A DNA stretch of 64,000 bases, taken from assembly GCF_964204645.1 (NCBI RefSeq), contig NC_134034.1, positions 10,924,962 to 10,988,961 of the forward strand, given 5' to 3'. Below are positions 27,501 to 48,474 of the stretch, piece after piece (the first letter of the stretch is position 1; each line of letters begins with the position of its first letter). Below the pieces are notes generated by a model that was given only the letters and a program-made list of their open reading frames with translations, ran no database searches and was not told the origin of the DNA. Origin of the DNA: Tubulanus polymorphus (Eukaryota; Animalia; Nemertea). The position numbers and the translations under genes were made by a program.

Positions 27501-30500
27501 GTGATCAGTCCACACTTGAAGATCAAAGAGCTGACTAGATCAGGTAATTAACTAATTAACAAGAGTGATCAGCCCACATACAAACATCTAAGAACTGATT
27601 AGATCAGTCAATTAGCTAATTGATTAATTACTTCCAATAATAAAGGAACAGTAAATCACTGATTCAGTGATAATTACTAATTCACTTTGATGTTTAAATC
27701 AAAGAGTAACAGATTAATTGATGATGTATTGTTGTACGCGGTTGTCGGGTATAAATACCCCGGACTTGCAGCTGGATTCAAACATTCTACAATGGAACAT
27801 CGAACAGCGAACAACCAGAACGAGAAGAGTTTATTCCTGCAGCCGGAGGTCGTCGAAACGATGAACGCCGAAGAAACAGTCGAACGTCTGTTCAGCGTCG
27901 AGACGAAATTCGTGAAAGCCGCCAAACAGATCGTCGTACTCGAACGGAAAATACAACATATCGTCGAACGCAACAATCGTTACCGCGGCGACGCCGAGTG
28001 TTGCTCGGTTCGTATTCAACTTCTGTCGCTCGGCAACACGAAGGACGCATTTTATTTGTACGCGCAGAAAAAAGCGGCCGAAATTCATCTGTTGAAACAA
28101 CGTCTCGTCGACCTGTGCTGAAACGGCGAACAACTCCTCGAGCAACGGTTCTTTTTAGAACCATCTCAACGTCCCAGAATCAGTCGGTCAAGGCTCTCAA
28201 CTCTGCTTAACTCAAATTATGGTTCTTTTTAGAACCAAATCAGGTCTCGACCTCATATTATCCTCAAAGGTTCTTTTGAGAACCACTTTTTTCCTTACGT
28301 AGCTAAAAATGGACCTGATCGGTTCAGAATATCCCTTAAAACGAATGTAGGTAAAAATGTCCCGGGAAATAATGTCCCCAGAAAAAATGTCCCGGAAAAG
28401 ATATCAGTTAAACAGTTAAGCATGAAGGCCCAGCACTAGTAATGGGGTTTAAAATGCAAGTCAATAGAATGGAGGCGCTAAGACCAAAAATATGGGTCTC
28501 TTAAGAAAAAGTTTTCAGAAGTGTTTTTGTTTTGAATGAAAACTCACCTGGTCGCTAGATAGATTCCACGCGCCGAATATCTGATCGTAGATTTGTTCCT
28601 GCGGCAGCAGACGCAGCTGTTTATTATTGATTAAAGCGCCGCGTAGTTTCAGCTCACGGTACATTTTAGACGTTTCGTACGCTCTACGAGAATAATCAGT
28701 AGAGAGGGTGATAATATTAGACAAAACGTCAGTTTTAGAGATTGGAGATTGCAGGTGAACCCACTCACCTGTGAACCGCTATCACCGTCGTAAACAGTCT
28801 CGGCGAACCAGGAACCTAAAATTGAATTCAAAATATATTTTCTCAATTCAATCGATTTCTGTGAACATAACATACCAGGAACCTCCAGGAACCTCAAAAT
28901 GAATTCGCTTTTCAAATCGGTTAAGTTTTCATCAAAAATTTCATTCGATTCGGATTGAAATGTAGGGATGCGGAAGACCGAGGGACTACTAGCGACACCT
29001 GGTGGATCCTCACTCGCCATAAGCGGGCATCCTTGCTCGCCATCGTAACAATGATTTGAATAATTTCGGATTTTTTTCCGAATTTCGATCCAAAAACGTA
29101 CCAGATTAGTGAATATGAACTCAAATCTGGTGTTGTTACATTTTGTAAGGACGTAAAGAGCTTCGACTGTTCCTCGAATTTTCTGAAATTTTTAAGAAAA
29201 AAAAACACAAAATTGACAGTGTGTACGTACGTAAAGCGCCCTCTGGTGATCAATAGTCTAACTATCCTTACCGATTGAGCTGTTTTTGTAGTTATGTTCA
29301 GTACACAATTGTAACCAATCGCTGAAATTCACAAACTTGAACTATCTATTTATCTGTATGAATTTATAGCGAGAAATTTTCTGAGAAGGTTTTGTGACTT
29401 ACACAAATTCACTCGAATCATTGTGTGTGAATGCCATATTATTCGCAGATTCGTTACCAACAGTTGACCTGAAATATAACGAAAACTCACGATTCAAGTC
29501 AGTTCTAAAACGGCGGGGCCCGGTCGCGGAGACGCGACGCAAAGTTGCACAGACGTGACGTAAGTCCAAAACTTGTCTTAAATCTGACGACTTATAGCCT
29601 AAGATTGGCTATAGAAATGTTGGAAATGACTAATAGCCTAAGATTGGCTATAGAAATGTTGGAAATGACTTATAGCCTAAGATTGGCTATAGAAATGTTG
29701 GAAATGACTTATAGCCTAAGATTGGCTATAGAAATGTTAGACATGACTTATAGCCTAAGATTGGCTATAGAAGTGTTATGACCTTAGGCTGGTCATAAAT
29801 TTCTAATCCTTGACTGCGCAACCGTACCAGGCCGGGTATAAATCAATAAGGGTCCATTCGTTCCACTGTTGACCGTTGGAACTGGTTCCTGGTGGTCCAG
29901 TGAGCCGAGGGCCGGTCCGGTTCACTAACCTCTATCACCGTTATTGCCTTTTGTATCTTCGACCGCGTCCAGTTTATCGATCAGTTTTTCTCCCGGTCGC
30001 ATTCGCATTTGCCTAAAACAACATAAAAACAGACGCGTCTAAATCACCGGGCGTACAGTTAAAATAAAGCGCAGGGCCAGTTTAACAGACTCGTATTACC
30101 TTTAACCCGTGGGCTAATTCAATTCATTTTCAATTTAGTTAGCCCCCGGGTTGAAGGTAATACCGGTCTATAAAACCGGGCCGTGGATATTTTTGATGCG
30201 GTCAGTTCAAACATAATTCATACTTACCAGCGATGCACAACACAATTATGTACGATTAGTTTTTAAAAGGAATCAGAGTTTTTTAATCTAAGCACTTTTG
30301 AATATTCCATAGATATCGTGTTACAACATGCTATATACCTGTAGAATTAATGAGGATTAAAAACACCTTAAAAACCATTCATTAGATTTTCTCATCCCAA
30401 TTTTAATTTTTTTTTTAGAGAAAGAAATTTTACGATTCCATAACTGGGTCAGATTGGAGTGAGAGAGGGAGGGAGAGAGAGATAGAGGATGGCATTTCTA

Positions 30501-32083
30501 TAACTACCCAAATCTTTCACCTATGATTAGAAAGGCTAAAACTTAAGAGACAGATAGGGAAAGACGGATATATACAGCGGAACCTCGCTAAAAATAATTT
30601 CTAGAATGGAATCAGAATAAAAAAATATCTTTTATTCATTAAAATCACTCAAATTAGTTTGTTATGTTGAGTTCATTTTGACAAGGTTCCAGAATCATAG
30701 AGCTCATACCGCTGTATGTATTATAGCTGATTAGAGTCCAATTTTTCTCTGAACTTTCAGGCATTTGGCCAGCGTTTCACAAAAATATAGTCTTAAGAAA
30801 TTACGAAGCTATGTCTACGCTTGAGATATGAATCAATAGAATCCAGTTCCACTGTTTTGAGTAAAGATTTGTAGAACTGGATCCTGTAGGAACTAGACAC
30901 AGATCATTAGTTTGACAACCTAGAGCAATCTAGTTCAATTATCTTAGTCCAGTTGCACATTCCTGAATCAAGCGGTCTTAAATTTCTAAAGTGGTCTTAA
31001 GTATAGATTGGCAATAGAACCAAAATGAGCTTAGACGGGTCACAAGTTAGATTGGTATGTACCAAAATGAGTTCAGACCTGTCTTTAAGTTGTTTGATTG
31101 GCTATAGAACGAAAATAAACTTAGACTGGTCTTAAGTTGTAAGATTGGTTATAGAACCAAAACGAGCTTAGACTGGTTTTAAGTTGTTAGATTGGTTATA
31201 GAACTAAAACAAGCTTAGACTGGTCTTAAGTTGTTAGATTTGCTATGGAACATAATGGTCTTAAACCTAAGCCATATTACTGTGCAACTGACTGTAGTCT
31301 CAATATACCGGTAACCTAAATAATTGTGTTCTATTGGAATTAGTGAGGCTTTATGTTGATTGCGACTAGCAGCGAGTGAAGCTGATTAAAGAGGAGGGTT
31401 GTGCACTTACATTACAGGAATATCAATCCTAATCACTAGATCCTCGGTCGGACCCGCTTCCATTAAAGCAGGTGCTGATGACATATTGTTTAATATCTGT
31501 GTGGATGACCGACAAGAACGTTATTTTTTCAAGTTTTTCTAAAACAGCAGTTTCTGTCACTTTTCAGGTAGCAGAGCCATCCTTAGCTAGGTAAGCATCT
31601 AGCCATTGAAAAAGGTGCAATCTAATAAGGTTCCTCTGTAGGGGTAACCCGTTAGATCATCTGGAATCTTGAGTTTAAATCTGTTTATTTTCCATGTTTT
31701 ATCTGAACTGGTCTGAACTAGTTGAATAGTTCAACTTCAAATTCGAAACTATTGAATTGGGTCCAGACTTAGGCCTAACAATCACTTTACTTATAATTTG
31801 GGGGAACTGTTTGTGCCAGTAGAATCTATCTGGGCCACAAAATGCAGTCAAAAAAGCCTTTTCAATAATTCTATTCATGACATTCCATTCTCAACTGTCA
31901 AAACGAATAAATGTTAATTGAATTGTATTGTTATTTCCGGGTTAGTAAAATGCTCTAAAACAGCGCCGTATTTTACTGAAAATCTGGTGAACAGAAATAG
32001 AGAGATCGGGATTGGAATAATCTCACTTACCCCGGGCTTATATCGAATCGAATATCGCGATCTTCCCAAATTATATCCAGCAT
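24555..32083 (-). CDS. BBS5: Bardet-Biedl syndrome 5 (BBSome subunit). Exons: 32031-32083, 29930-30012, 29403-29468, 29272-29321, 29102-29182, 28769-28815, 28548-28683, 27011-27106, 26066-26263, 24775-24861, 24555-24680
   Basis: [89 protein letters not shown]; exon phases consistent. Confidence 0.96.
24936..25177. mobile_element. Palindromic Penelope-like terminal-repeat remnant
   Basis: ~200-bp imperfect palindrome containing a hammerhead core; flanked by the direct repeat GACTACAGGGT (24925-24935, 25178-25188). Confidence 0.7.
24995..25036 (-). ncRNA. Minimal type I hammerhead ribozyme motif
   Basis: Minus strand reads CCAC-CUGAUGA-U-GGCUGUU-AGUC-AACAGCC-GAAACGUU-GUGG: intact core, 7-bp stem II, CCAC/GUGG stem I, palindromic ACGU stem III. 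Confidence 0.72.
25881..26046. mobile_element. PIF/Harbinger (Tourist)-like MITE; copies ~24117-24263 and ~62394-62560
   Basis: GGGTCATTCATTTATTACGTACG...CGTACGTAATAAATGAATGATCCC inverted ends; three copies. Confidence 0.8.
26681..26724 (+). ncRNA. Degenerate hammerhead-like motif in a second Penelope-like palindrome (~26632-26725)
   Basis: TATTC-CTGAAAA-T-GACTAT..ATAGTT-GAAACGTC-GAATA; G8 position is A; the inverted partner has CTGACGA but is truncated. Confidence 0.5.
26743..26995. repeat. 39-bp minisatellite abutting a BBS5 splice donor
   Basis: CAGTTTTTGAGGATGGTTACGCGAGGAGGATATTACYGA, 6-7 units. Confidence 0.92.
27340..27630. repeat. Degenerate ~63-bp tandem repeat upstream of the nested ORF
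   Basis: Recurring GAGTGATCA..CCAC, TAGATCAG and AATTAGCTAATT blocks. Confidence 0.65.
27750..27785 (+). promoter_or_regulatory. TATA box and initiator-like site of the nested gene
   Basis: TATAAATA at 27750-27757; ATTCA ~26-30 nt downstream; ATG at 27792 in ACAATGG (strong Kozak) context. Confidence 0.65.
27792..28121 (+). CDS. Intronless 109-aa uncharacterised, probably helical protein, nested antisense in BBS5 intron 7
   Basis: Clean ORF with the CpG-rich codon style of the host exons, TATA/Kozak start and amphipathic helical pattern; no histone similarity. Confidence 0.75.
   Translation: MEHRTANNQNEKSLFLQPEVVETMNAEETVERLFSVETKFVKAAKQIVVLERKIQHIVERNNRYRGDAECCSVRIQLLSLGNTKDAFYLYAQKKAAEIHLLKQRLVDLC
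28147..28284 (+). promoter_or_regulatory. Three histone-type 3' stem-loops (28147-28162, 28221-28236, 28269-28284)
   Basis: GGTTCT-TTTT-AGAACC twice and CAAA-GGTTCT-TTTG-AGAACC-AC: 6-bp stem and 4-nt U-rich loop as in the metazoan histone stem-loop. Confidence 0.8.
29589..29780. repeat. 39-bp minisatellite inside a degenerate MITE
   Basis: GACTTATAGCCTAAGATTGGCTATAGAAATGTTGGAAAT, about 5 units. Confidence 0.9.
31411..31484 (-). CDS. BBS5: Candidate alternative first coding exon of BBS5
   Basis: [24 protein letters not shown], then AT|GTAAGT donor in phase 2; resembles canonical exon 1 ([10 protein letters not shown]). Confidence 0.6.
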
Positions 32084-32563
32084 TATTTTTTTTCGAGAGA
32101 AGTCGATGTCAAGTTTTGGCAGATTCGGCGTCGGGGATTCCACCGCCTCTGAGCGTCAACGGAGTTCGCGGCTTCGCAGGAACCGAAAAAGACTCAAACC
32201 GATAGGCCCAGTGCAGCGGAACGACGATGAAGTTTTTAAACAAGAATGGTGCATCTAAACTAATTATTCCTCAAATAAAGTATCAGATCTTTCATTAACT
32301 GGCTCTCTAATCATCTAATTATGCTGAAATAAGTGTTTAAATTATTCAAATGTGAATTTCGTGTGAAATATTCCAGCAATCTCCTTGTAATTGATTTTTA
32401 TTTTATGATTTTCCATACCGGACTGACTCGACATGCAGTAAGAGACCTCGGGTCTTCACTCGCCTTTTCCGGCATGTATTGAATTGAATTGAAAAAAAAG
32501 AACCCCGTTTCAACCTTGAATGTCCCGAGTTTAGTTTATTTCGTCTTTTTAAGTTGTAAAACG
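32084..32563. promoter_or_regulatory. Putative bidirectional promoter shared by BBS5 and MMUT
   Basis: Divergent start codons only 480 bp apart. Confidence 0.65.
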
Positions 32564-42488
<9,925 letters not shown>

Positions 42489-43672
42489 TAACGTCTCTCC
42501 GTCGCTCGCCGATGACAGATTTTGATACGCGTTGTAGTTTAGACCAAGTTGTTGTTGCGGACGCTTTCATGACATATAGAATGTGCTATAGAATTCCTGG
42601 AACTTACTACGAGTATATAATCCGTCTGCTCTTAGACACCTGTATCTACTTGCGATGACACTTACAGTATTTGAGTGAACTCTGCGGCGGGGGGGGGGGG
42701 TTTCAGGATGGGCAGGAAGGGGCTGTGTGCGAGGTTTCTCAGCTTTAATTTCGATGTTATTTTGTGACTAGAAAACGACGGAGAAAATTCTCGAACTAAA
42801 AGGAAAATCGTGCTCTTGACTCTTTTTTCGAGTTAAGATAATCGAAGAAATTGTCACATATACCGGTAATATTATGTTGTTTGCCGTAAACGAAAACGTG
42901 TAAACATCACTTTATTTGTTAACATCATTTTATAAAGAGCATTTCAAAATCTATGGCTTCTATAAATGGAATCGATGATCTTCGTAGAATGTAATTTTCT
43001 TGTCCTCTAGTAAAGCGGTTATCCGGCCGGTAGTACCGGTATAAGTATTTAAGGCTTAGGGTAGTCGGCATTTCAATGCATGCGTGCTCAATTGAGAAAC
43101 CTAGTTGAAATTGATTAATTGCATTCTGGGTCCAGTTTCACGAAAAAGATTAACTTTATTTTCTTCATTGATTTAGTTAATCATATGTTGATTTTGGAGT
43201 TAATCCTTTTTGGTGAAATTTGTGTCGACCCTGACTAGAAGATGATTGGTTTGTTGTATTTCTACTTCTGGTATTGTTTGTGTGAAGGTGTCAGTGATGG
43301 TCTTTTGGCTACTAAAGTATGTTTTTGAAGTGGGGGTAGTAGAAATGTCAGTATAAGTTTTTTGTAGATATTGTTTTCTTTGTTTCGCAACCCGCAGAAA
43401 TAAATCGACAAAGTCATTATTTATAACGTCTTAGAAAAAATTTGTTTCTTTTATTCTTGTCGTATTGGGATTATTTCTCGATTTGGATTTTTGGAACTAA
43501 GAAATCCTATAAGCGTTCAATTGGAATGGTGATTGCACCCAAAATGTAAAAGCTTGAATTAGACAAAAAATTTGGGCCAATTTTAGTTCGACCCGTTGTC
43601 GCTAGAGGCAGCATGTTACCGTCTGCGTAAAAATCCACGACCGCGTTTTAGCGTTTTGATATATAACACAAA

Positions 43673-43763
43673 ATGGCAGCTGCGGTCGGTGAAAACACTC
43701 GCTGGATTTTATTCGGATTAATCGCGATTTTAAGCGTTTTAGAAGCGACGGATTTTGTTCGAG
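43673..43763 (+). CDS. Candidate first exon encoding a signal peptide (rest of gene not identified)
   Basis: AAAATGG start; MAAAVGENTRWILFGLIAILSVLEATDFVR; phase-1 G|GTAAGC donor in a CpG-rich region. Confidence 0.45.
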
Positions 43764-44499
43764 GTAAGCGACCGTACGAGTGAATGTGATATCTGCGCAT
43801 ATCTCGAATTTCAGGTGGATACAGACCGTAATAACGGAGATACGGCCGAGAATATCTCGACCGTTCTACCGTCAACGAGCTGTCAAAACTGATTTATCTG
43901 GTTGTTATTACGTTACAAGTCGGAGCGTGTGTTCGCTTGACAAGGTTTGATGCGCTGTTAAACGTTAGCTGTCGACGCATCGAAACTATTAGCTCAATTT
44001 ATTGCAGAGAGAGAAATTAGGCTGAGAACTATTGAAATGGGAAGAAAGTAATTAGGCCTAGTCAAAATGAGTTCACGAAGCACAGGGGTCAAAAACTGTC
44101 ACAACTGAAATGAACTTTAAATTTTATGTAACTTGTAAATTATGTCTCAGGAATTTAATGGAAAACTTAATTATATTCCTAGAAGAATTGCGTTATTCAT
44201 TTTGTACTTCAGCCTTCGGGCTGCGACCTGAATATGTTTGTGCACAAATTTGAAAATTTGTGTCGAAATTAAAATACTATTTGCCCATATCAAATCAAAA
44301 CCTTCCTTAAGTTTCATCTCGAAAAGTTTCGATTTGAATAAAAAATTACTAGGCCTATAGTAATGAATACGGGTCTAGATAGCGTCTGAATATGAAGCAT
44401 TTTCTTAAATATTTGCTGGAGTCTCAATTACTGCTTCAGATTTAGTGTAATTTTGTCTGATTAATTAAGAGTCATTATTGATTAGTACTCTCGACCCCC

Positions 44500-45100
44500 G
44501 GTATCCAGCAGTATCGACAGCATCCTACTAATTGTATCAGCAATATCCTTACAGTATCAGGCAGTATCTTGACTATCAGCGTTATCAGCAGTATCCTGAC
44601 AGTATCACAGGCAAATCCTGCCAGTATCCAACACTATCCTCCTGACTGTATCATCAGTATCCTGACAGTGCCAGGCAGTACCCTCGTCCCCAGCAGTATC
44701 CTGAGTGACAGTACCAGGCAGTATGGAAGTATCCTCACTTGGCCTTATCGACAGTATCCAAAACTATCTTCCTGACTGTATCATCAGTATCCTGACAGTG
44801 CCAGGCAGTACCCTCGTCCCCAGCAGTATCCTGAGTGACAGAACCAGGCAGTATGGAAGTATCCTCACTCGGTTCTATCGACAGTATCCAAAACTATCTT
44901 CCTGACTGTATCATCAGTATCCTGACAGTGCCAGGCAGTACCCTCGTCCCCGGCAGTATCCTGAGTGATAGTACCAGGCAGTATCCTCTCTCAGCGGTAT
45001 CCTGACCAACGCTCGTCAGACAATATCCCGACAGCGTCCAGCGCTATTTTTATAACTCTTTAACTGACCACAACAGTATCCAACGCTATCACACAATATC
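44500..45100. repeat. 130-bp tandem repeat built from CAGTATC submotifs
   Basis: Units begin at 44641, 44771 and 44901. Confidence 0.85.
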
Positions 45101-46093
45101 CTGACTTCTTCGCGAGCTTAATGAAAACTCATCGATTTTCCTCCTCGCCGTCCTTTCCCTCTTTCTCCCGCGTGTCATCCTTTCTTTTCTCTTCGCTCGA
45201 CGACGACGACGACGGCGAAGATGATTCCCGACTAATTGAAAATCGTTCGGGCGAAAAGTTGCGCCTTTTAAAATTAAACGCGGGTCTCGTCGTAGTCGAC
45301 GACGACGACGACGCGGGATTCCGTGTCGATTAATGATGATTGATCTCGCTGTGAAGCGTCTATAGAAAACCAGCCGCAGTTCAATTTACGGTTTTAAAAC
45401 TTTACAACAAACAATCCGCGAACGAACAATTGATAGACAGCGGTACGATAACCACGCTCGAATGTGGTGAACAGATGATAGGATAAAAACCCACTATTCA
45501 AAAATTAAAAGAAATCTAAAATCGAGAATTATTTATTGAAACAATCTAAAATATAAGAACACGACATTTCGATCTCATCCTAGAGATCATCGTCAGGTTT
45601 ATCTTATCAGCAGATAGACAGTGTCGAGTATGGATCAGTTGGGACCGATAAAATTCATCCAGTTTGATGATGTAAAAATCCAGGGGCTGCAGTTAATCAT
45701 CGGATAGTCGAAATAGTGACAATTAAAAGTTCATTGGTTCTATGGTATTTATTCTATTCCCCCCTTAGTCTTTGTCCCAACTTTTGAGCAACTGGCTCGG
45801 ATTAAACGCGTTATATTTTACATCACGAAATCCCGTTTTATCGGACCGTGAACCCGGTTCCACAGCTGACTGTTCTGTTTGATTCTCGGCCCTGGGGTTT
45901 ACTCAAATGAAGATGAATAGAGTTTTAGCCCCCCTCCCCCCGGGTTAAATTAATTACAGTCTATAAAACCGGCCCCAGAGTTTTGAATTCAGGTCATTTT
46001 CGATGTTTGAACCTGAATAAATGATCTGTTCTCTTTCGCTCAACTAATGCCTAAAAATATACAAAATTCATCCGTTTTAAATATTCTGTTTAA

Positions 46094-46367
46094 CCCTCTA
46101 GTGCATCTACGCCGCAGTGCGGTGTATAAATCGGTGATAGATTTTGCTAGTACACTGCACCACGGTGTATTGATTTAATTAGTAATTAGTAATCATCTCT
46201 CGAAAGATGGCAGCATCTGTCAAACAAACTTAAATACTAGTAACTAACGATACACCGCGCCGCGGTGAAGACGCACTATAGTGTCATCCCGCTATTCAAC
46301 ACACTAGGGTGGAATTTTCACATTTTCTCCAGCACTATAGGGTATTAATTAGTCAGCACGGAAAGGG
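46094..46367. mobile_element. piggyBac-like MITE (copy 3, inverted)
   Basis: TTAA|CCCT...AGGG|TTAA; reverse complement of copies 1 and 2. Confidence 0.85.
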
Positions 46368-46789
46368 TTAAAATTCATTAGTTTTGAATGTTTTGACATT
46401 AAAATCAACAGTTGAACTGGTAATCACTGGTAAACACAAATATATGTTTTGAAAATATTGAATACGAAAATTAACCGGTACTCGGAAACGGAACGATAGT
46501 TGCCACGACGCGATCGATGATAGGTTGATATAGAGTACGGGACGTATGTACGGCACTCCGGGGACTCGTTTTACCTGCAGATAAAATGAGCTGTTCGTTA
46601 CCTCGAGATCGCTAACACTTCTTCTATATCGATATACCTCACCGTCGGGCTGTCTGTCTGTCTGTACCCCGGGGATCAGCGGCGGTTAAAAGGCGTAGAC
46701 CCGGAATAGACGTACATACTTCGGTCTCTTACTAGTCCTATACAGTACAAACAGTCTTCTACTTAGTCGACAAAAACCCACAATAAAAA

Positions 46790-47480
46790 AAAAAAGAGGA
46801 AAAACTATCTGATAGTTTGACGTTTCGACTCAAATCTATGAGCCATTTTCAAAAACTGATTTATTGTACAGTTATAACAATACAAAAATACTAAATATAG
46901 CAACAAGGTGACTAAGTGATCCCTATAGCTGTTAGTATATAGTGACTAAGAAGTTTATTTTTGGGAGGAGAAACCTTAATATGAGTTTTTTAGAATAATT
47001 TAGCAAAGCTATATTCTGTCCTATTCTCGAAGAATGGTCGACGTCGGAAATCCGGAACAGAGCGAAAGAGTAACGAGCGAACTATCAGTTCGGAATACCA
47101 AAACTGGAACTGACTTTATTTTTACACATAGCTATTTATATAACACAGATTCAGACAGGTTGAGACATGGAAAATGATACAAAAACAAAGGTGACGAGTA
47201 GTGACATGACAGTGAGACAAACAACAATTAACACTTTCTGACACAGACAAACAGTCTCAGAGGACAATGAGTAATAAGATGGAGACATAAAACAATAAAG
47301 AAATACGAAATATAGATGAAATATGTATAACAATTATCAGTGACATTCAGTGTTGTTAAAATAATAGCTGACTCAAGGATTCGACGTTTATATAAATCAG
47401 AACAAGGATATATCAACTGGCTAGAGGAGAAGTCAAAAATATGGCCGGTTTCAAATGTGTGTGAATAATAGCACTCAGTT
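46790..47480 (-). mobile_element. Penelope-like retroelement 3' remnant
   Basis: HTFETGHIFDFSSSQLIY..DLYKRRILESAII resembles the C-terminal part of the PLE GIY-YIG endonuclease; hammerhead-like hairpin (TTGAAAA..GAAACGTC) at ~46815-46856. Confidence 0.7.
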
Positions 47481-48474
47481 GTTTGGCATTTACGACGTCT
47501 TTTTGGTCTTCTACTTTTCTGATACGCTCTGTGTTCCAGTCCGGTGCTGGGGATATACAGATACTTACATACTGCTGGAATTGGTTCTGATCTATATAGA
47601 CGGGCGGGGTTGGATCCTAGAATTTCGAATAAGGGACCCAAAACATCCGAGGTCTAGCCACGTACTCGGTGCGTGAATTCGGATCATTTTCTGAGGATCT
47701 AAAGTGATTCTAGGATAAATTGACCGGCGATGATTACCCGCTGTAACTTACATAAGCCAGCTTATGAAAGTGTTATCTTGGCAACGAATATGGTAGGGAG
47801 GCGGGCAGCTGTGGCCCCCCTTGGATCCGCACCTAATTGATACGCGCCTAATGATCCATAAGGTTAGAGCCTATACGAGTACCTATTTCGACCTATTCGC
47901 GGTCAAAAACTTATTATATGTTTAACCTTGTTTATCGATGCACTATTCGACATTTTCTGGTTGAAGTGGACCGTTTTTGAAATTGTTATCGATGGCACTT
48001 GGCCTGAATATTTCTCGAGTTGGTTTAAGTTTTGTACGAGAGACTCAACGGTGGAACGAGGCATATCTCGATATAATTCCGTTTCTAAAAAGTTTGTTAC
48101 TTTCGCGAGATCTTTCGATTCGCCGAAAATGCTATAGATGATATGATTGAATTTACAAAGTCGAGTTCAATTAGTCATCATTTTTTATAAGTCATCGGAT
48201 CATTTGAGTCATTTCTATTTGCGTGAGTCTCAATTCATATTTCCAATTCAATTTACGAGCGATCGTTTCGATAAGTCAATCACCTCACTGTGAATTCATC
48301 TCTATTTTCGAGTCACAATTTACGTGTTTCCAATTCAATTTTCTCAGCTTCATTCGGTTAAGTTGTCAATGTGACGATCGTCCCAACTAATGAGAACATG
48401 GAGCCTGCTTAAAAACGATTATAATACGAATTTCAAACCAGACCATATTTTATAATAGCTGAGTTCAACACCCC

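Noticed and set aside
27687-27791. Longer 144-aa version of the nested ORF
   Set aside because: Its start lies upstream of the TATA box; the ATG at 27792 has a much better context
27792-28121. Histone or histone variant
   Set aside because: No resemblance to H1, H2A, H2B, H3 or H4 despite the stem-loops
28147-28284. Bacterial rho-independent terminators
   Set aside because: Metazoan intron context; two of the three lack a U-tract; geometry fits the histone stem-loop
45090-45359. FGF-like C-terminal exon
   Set aside because: Only a faint resemblance (INRHGIPR) and no upstream FGF core exons found
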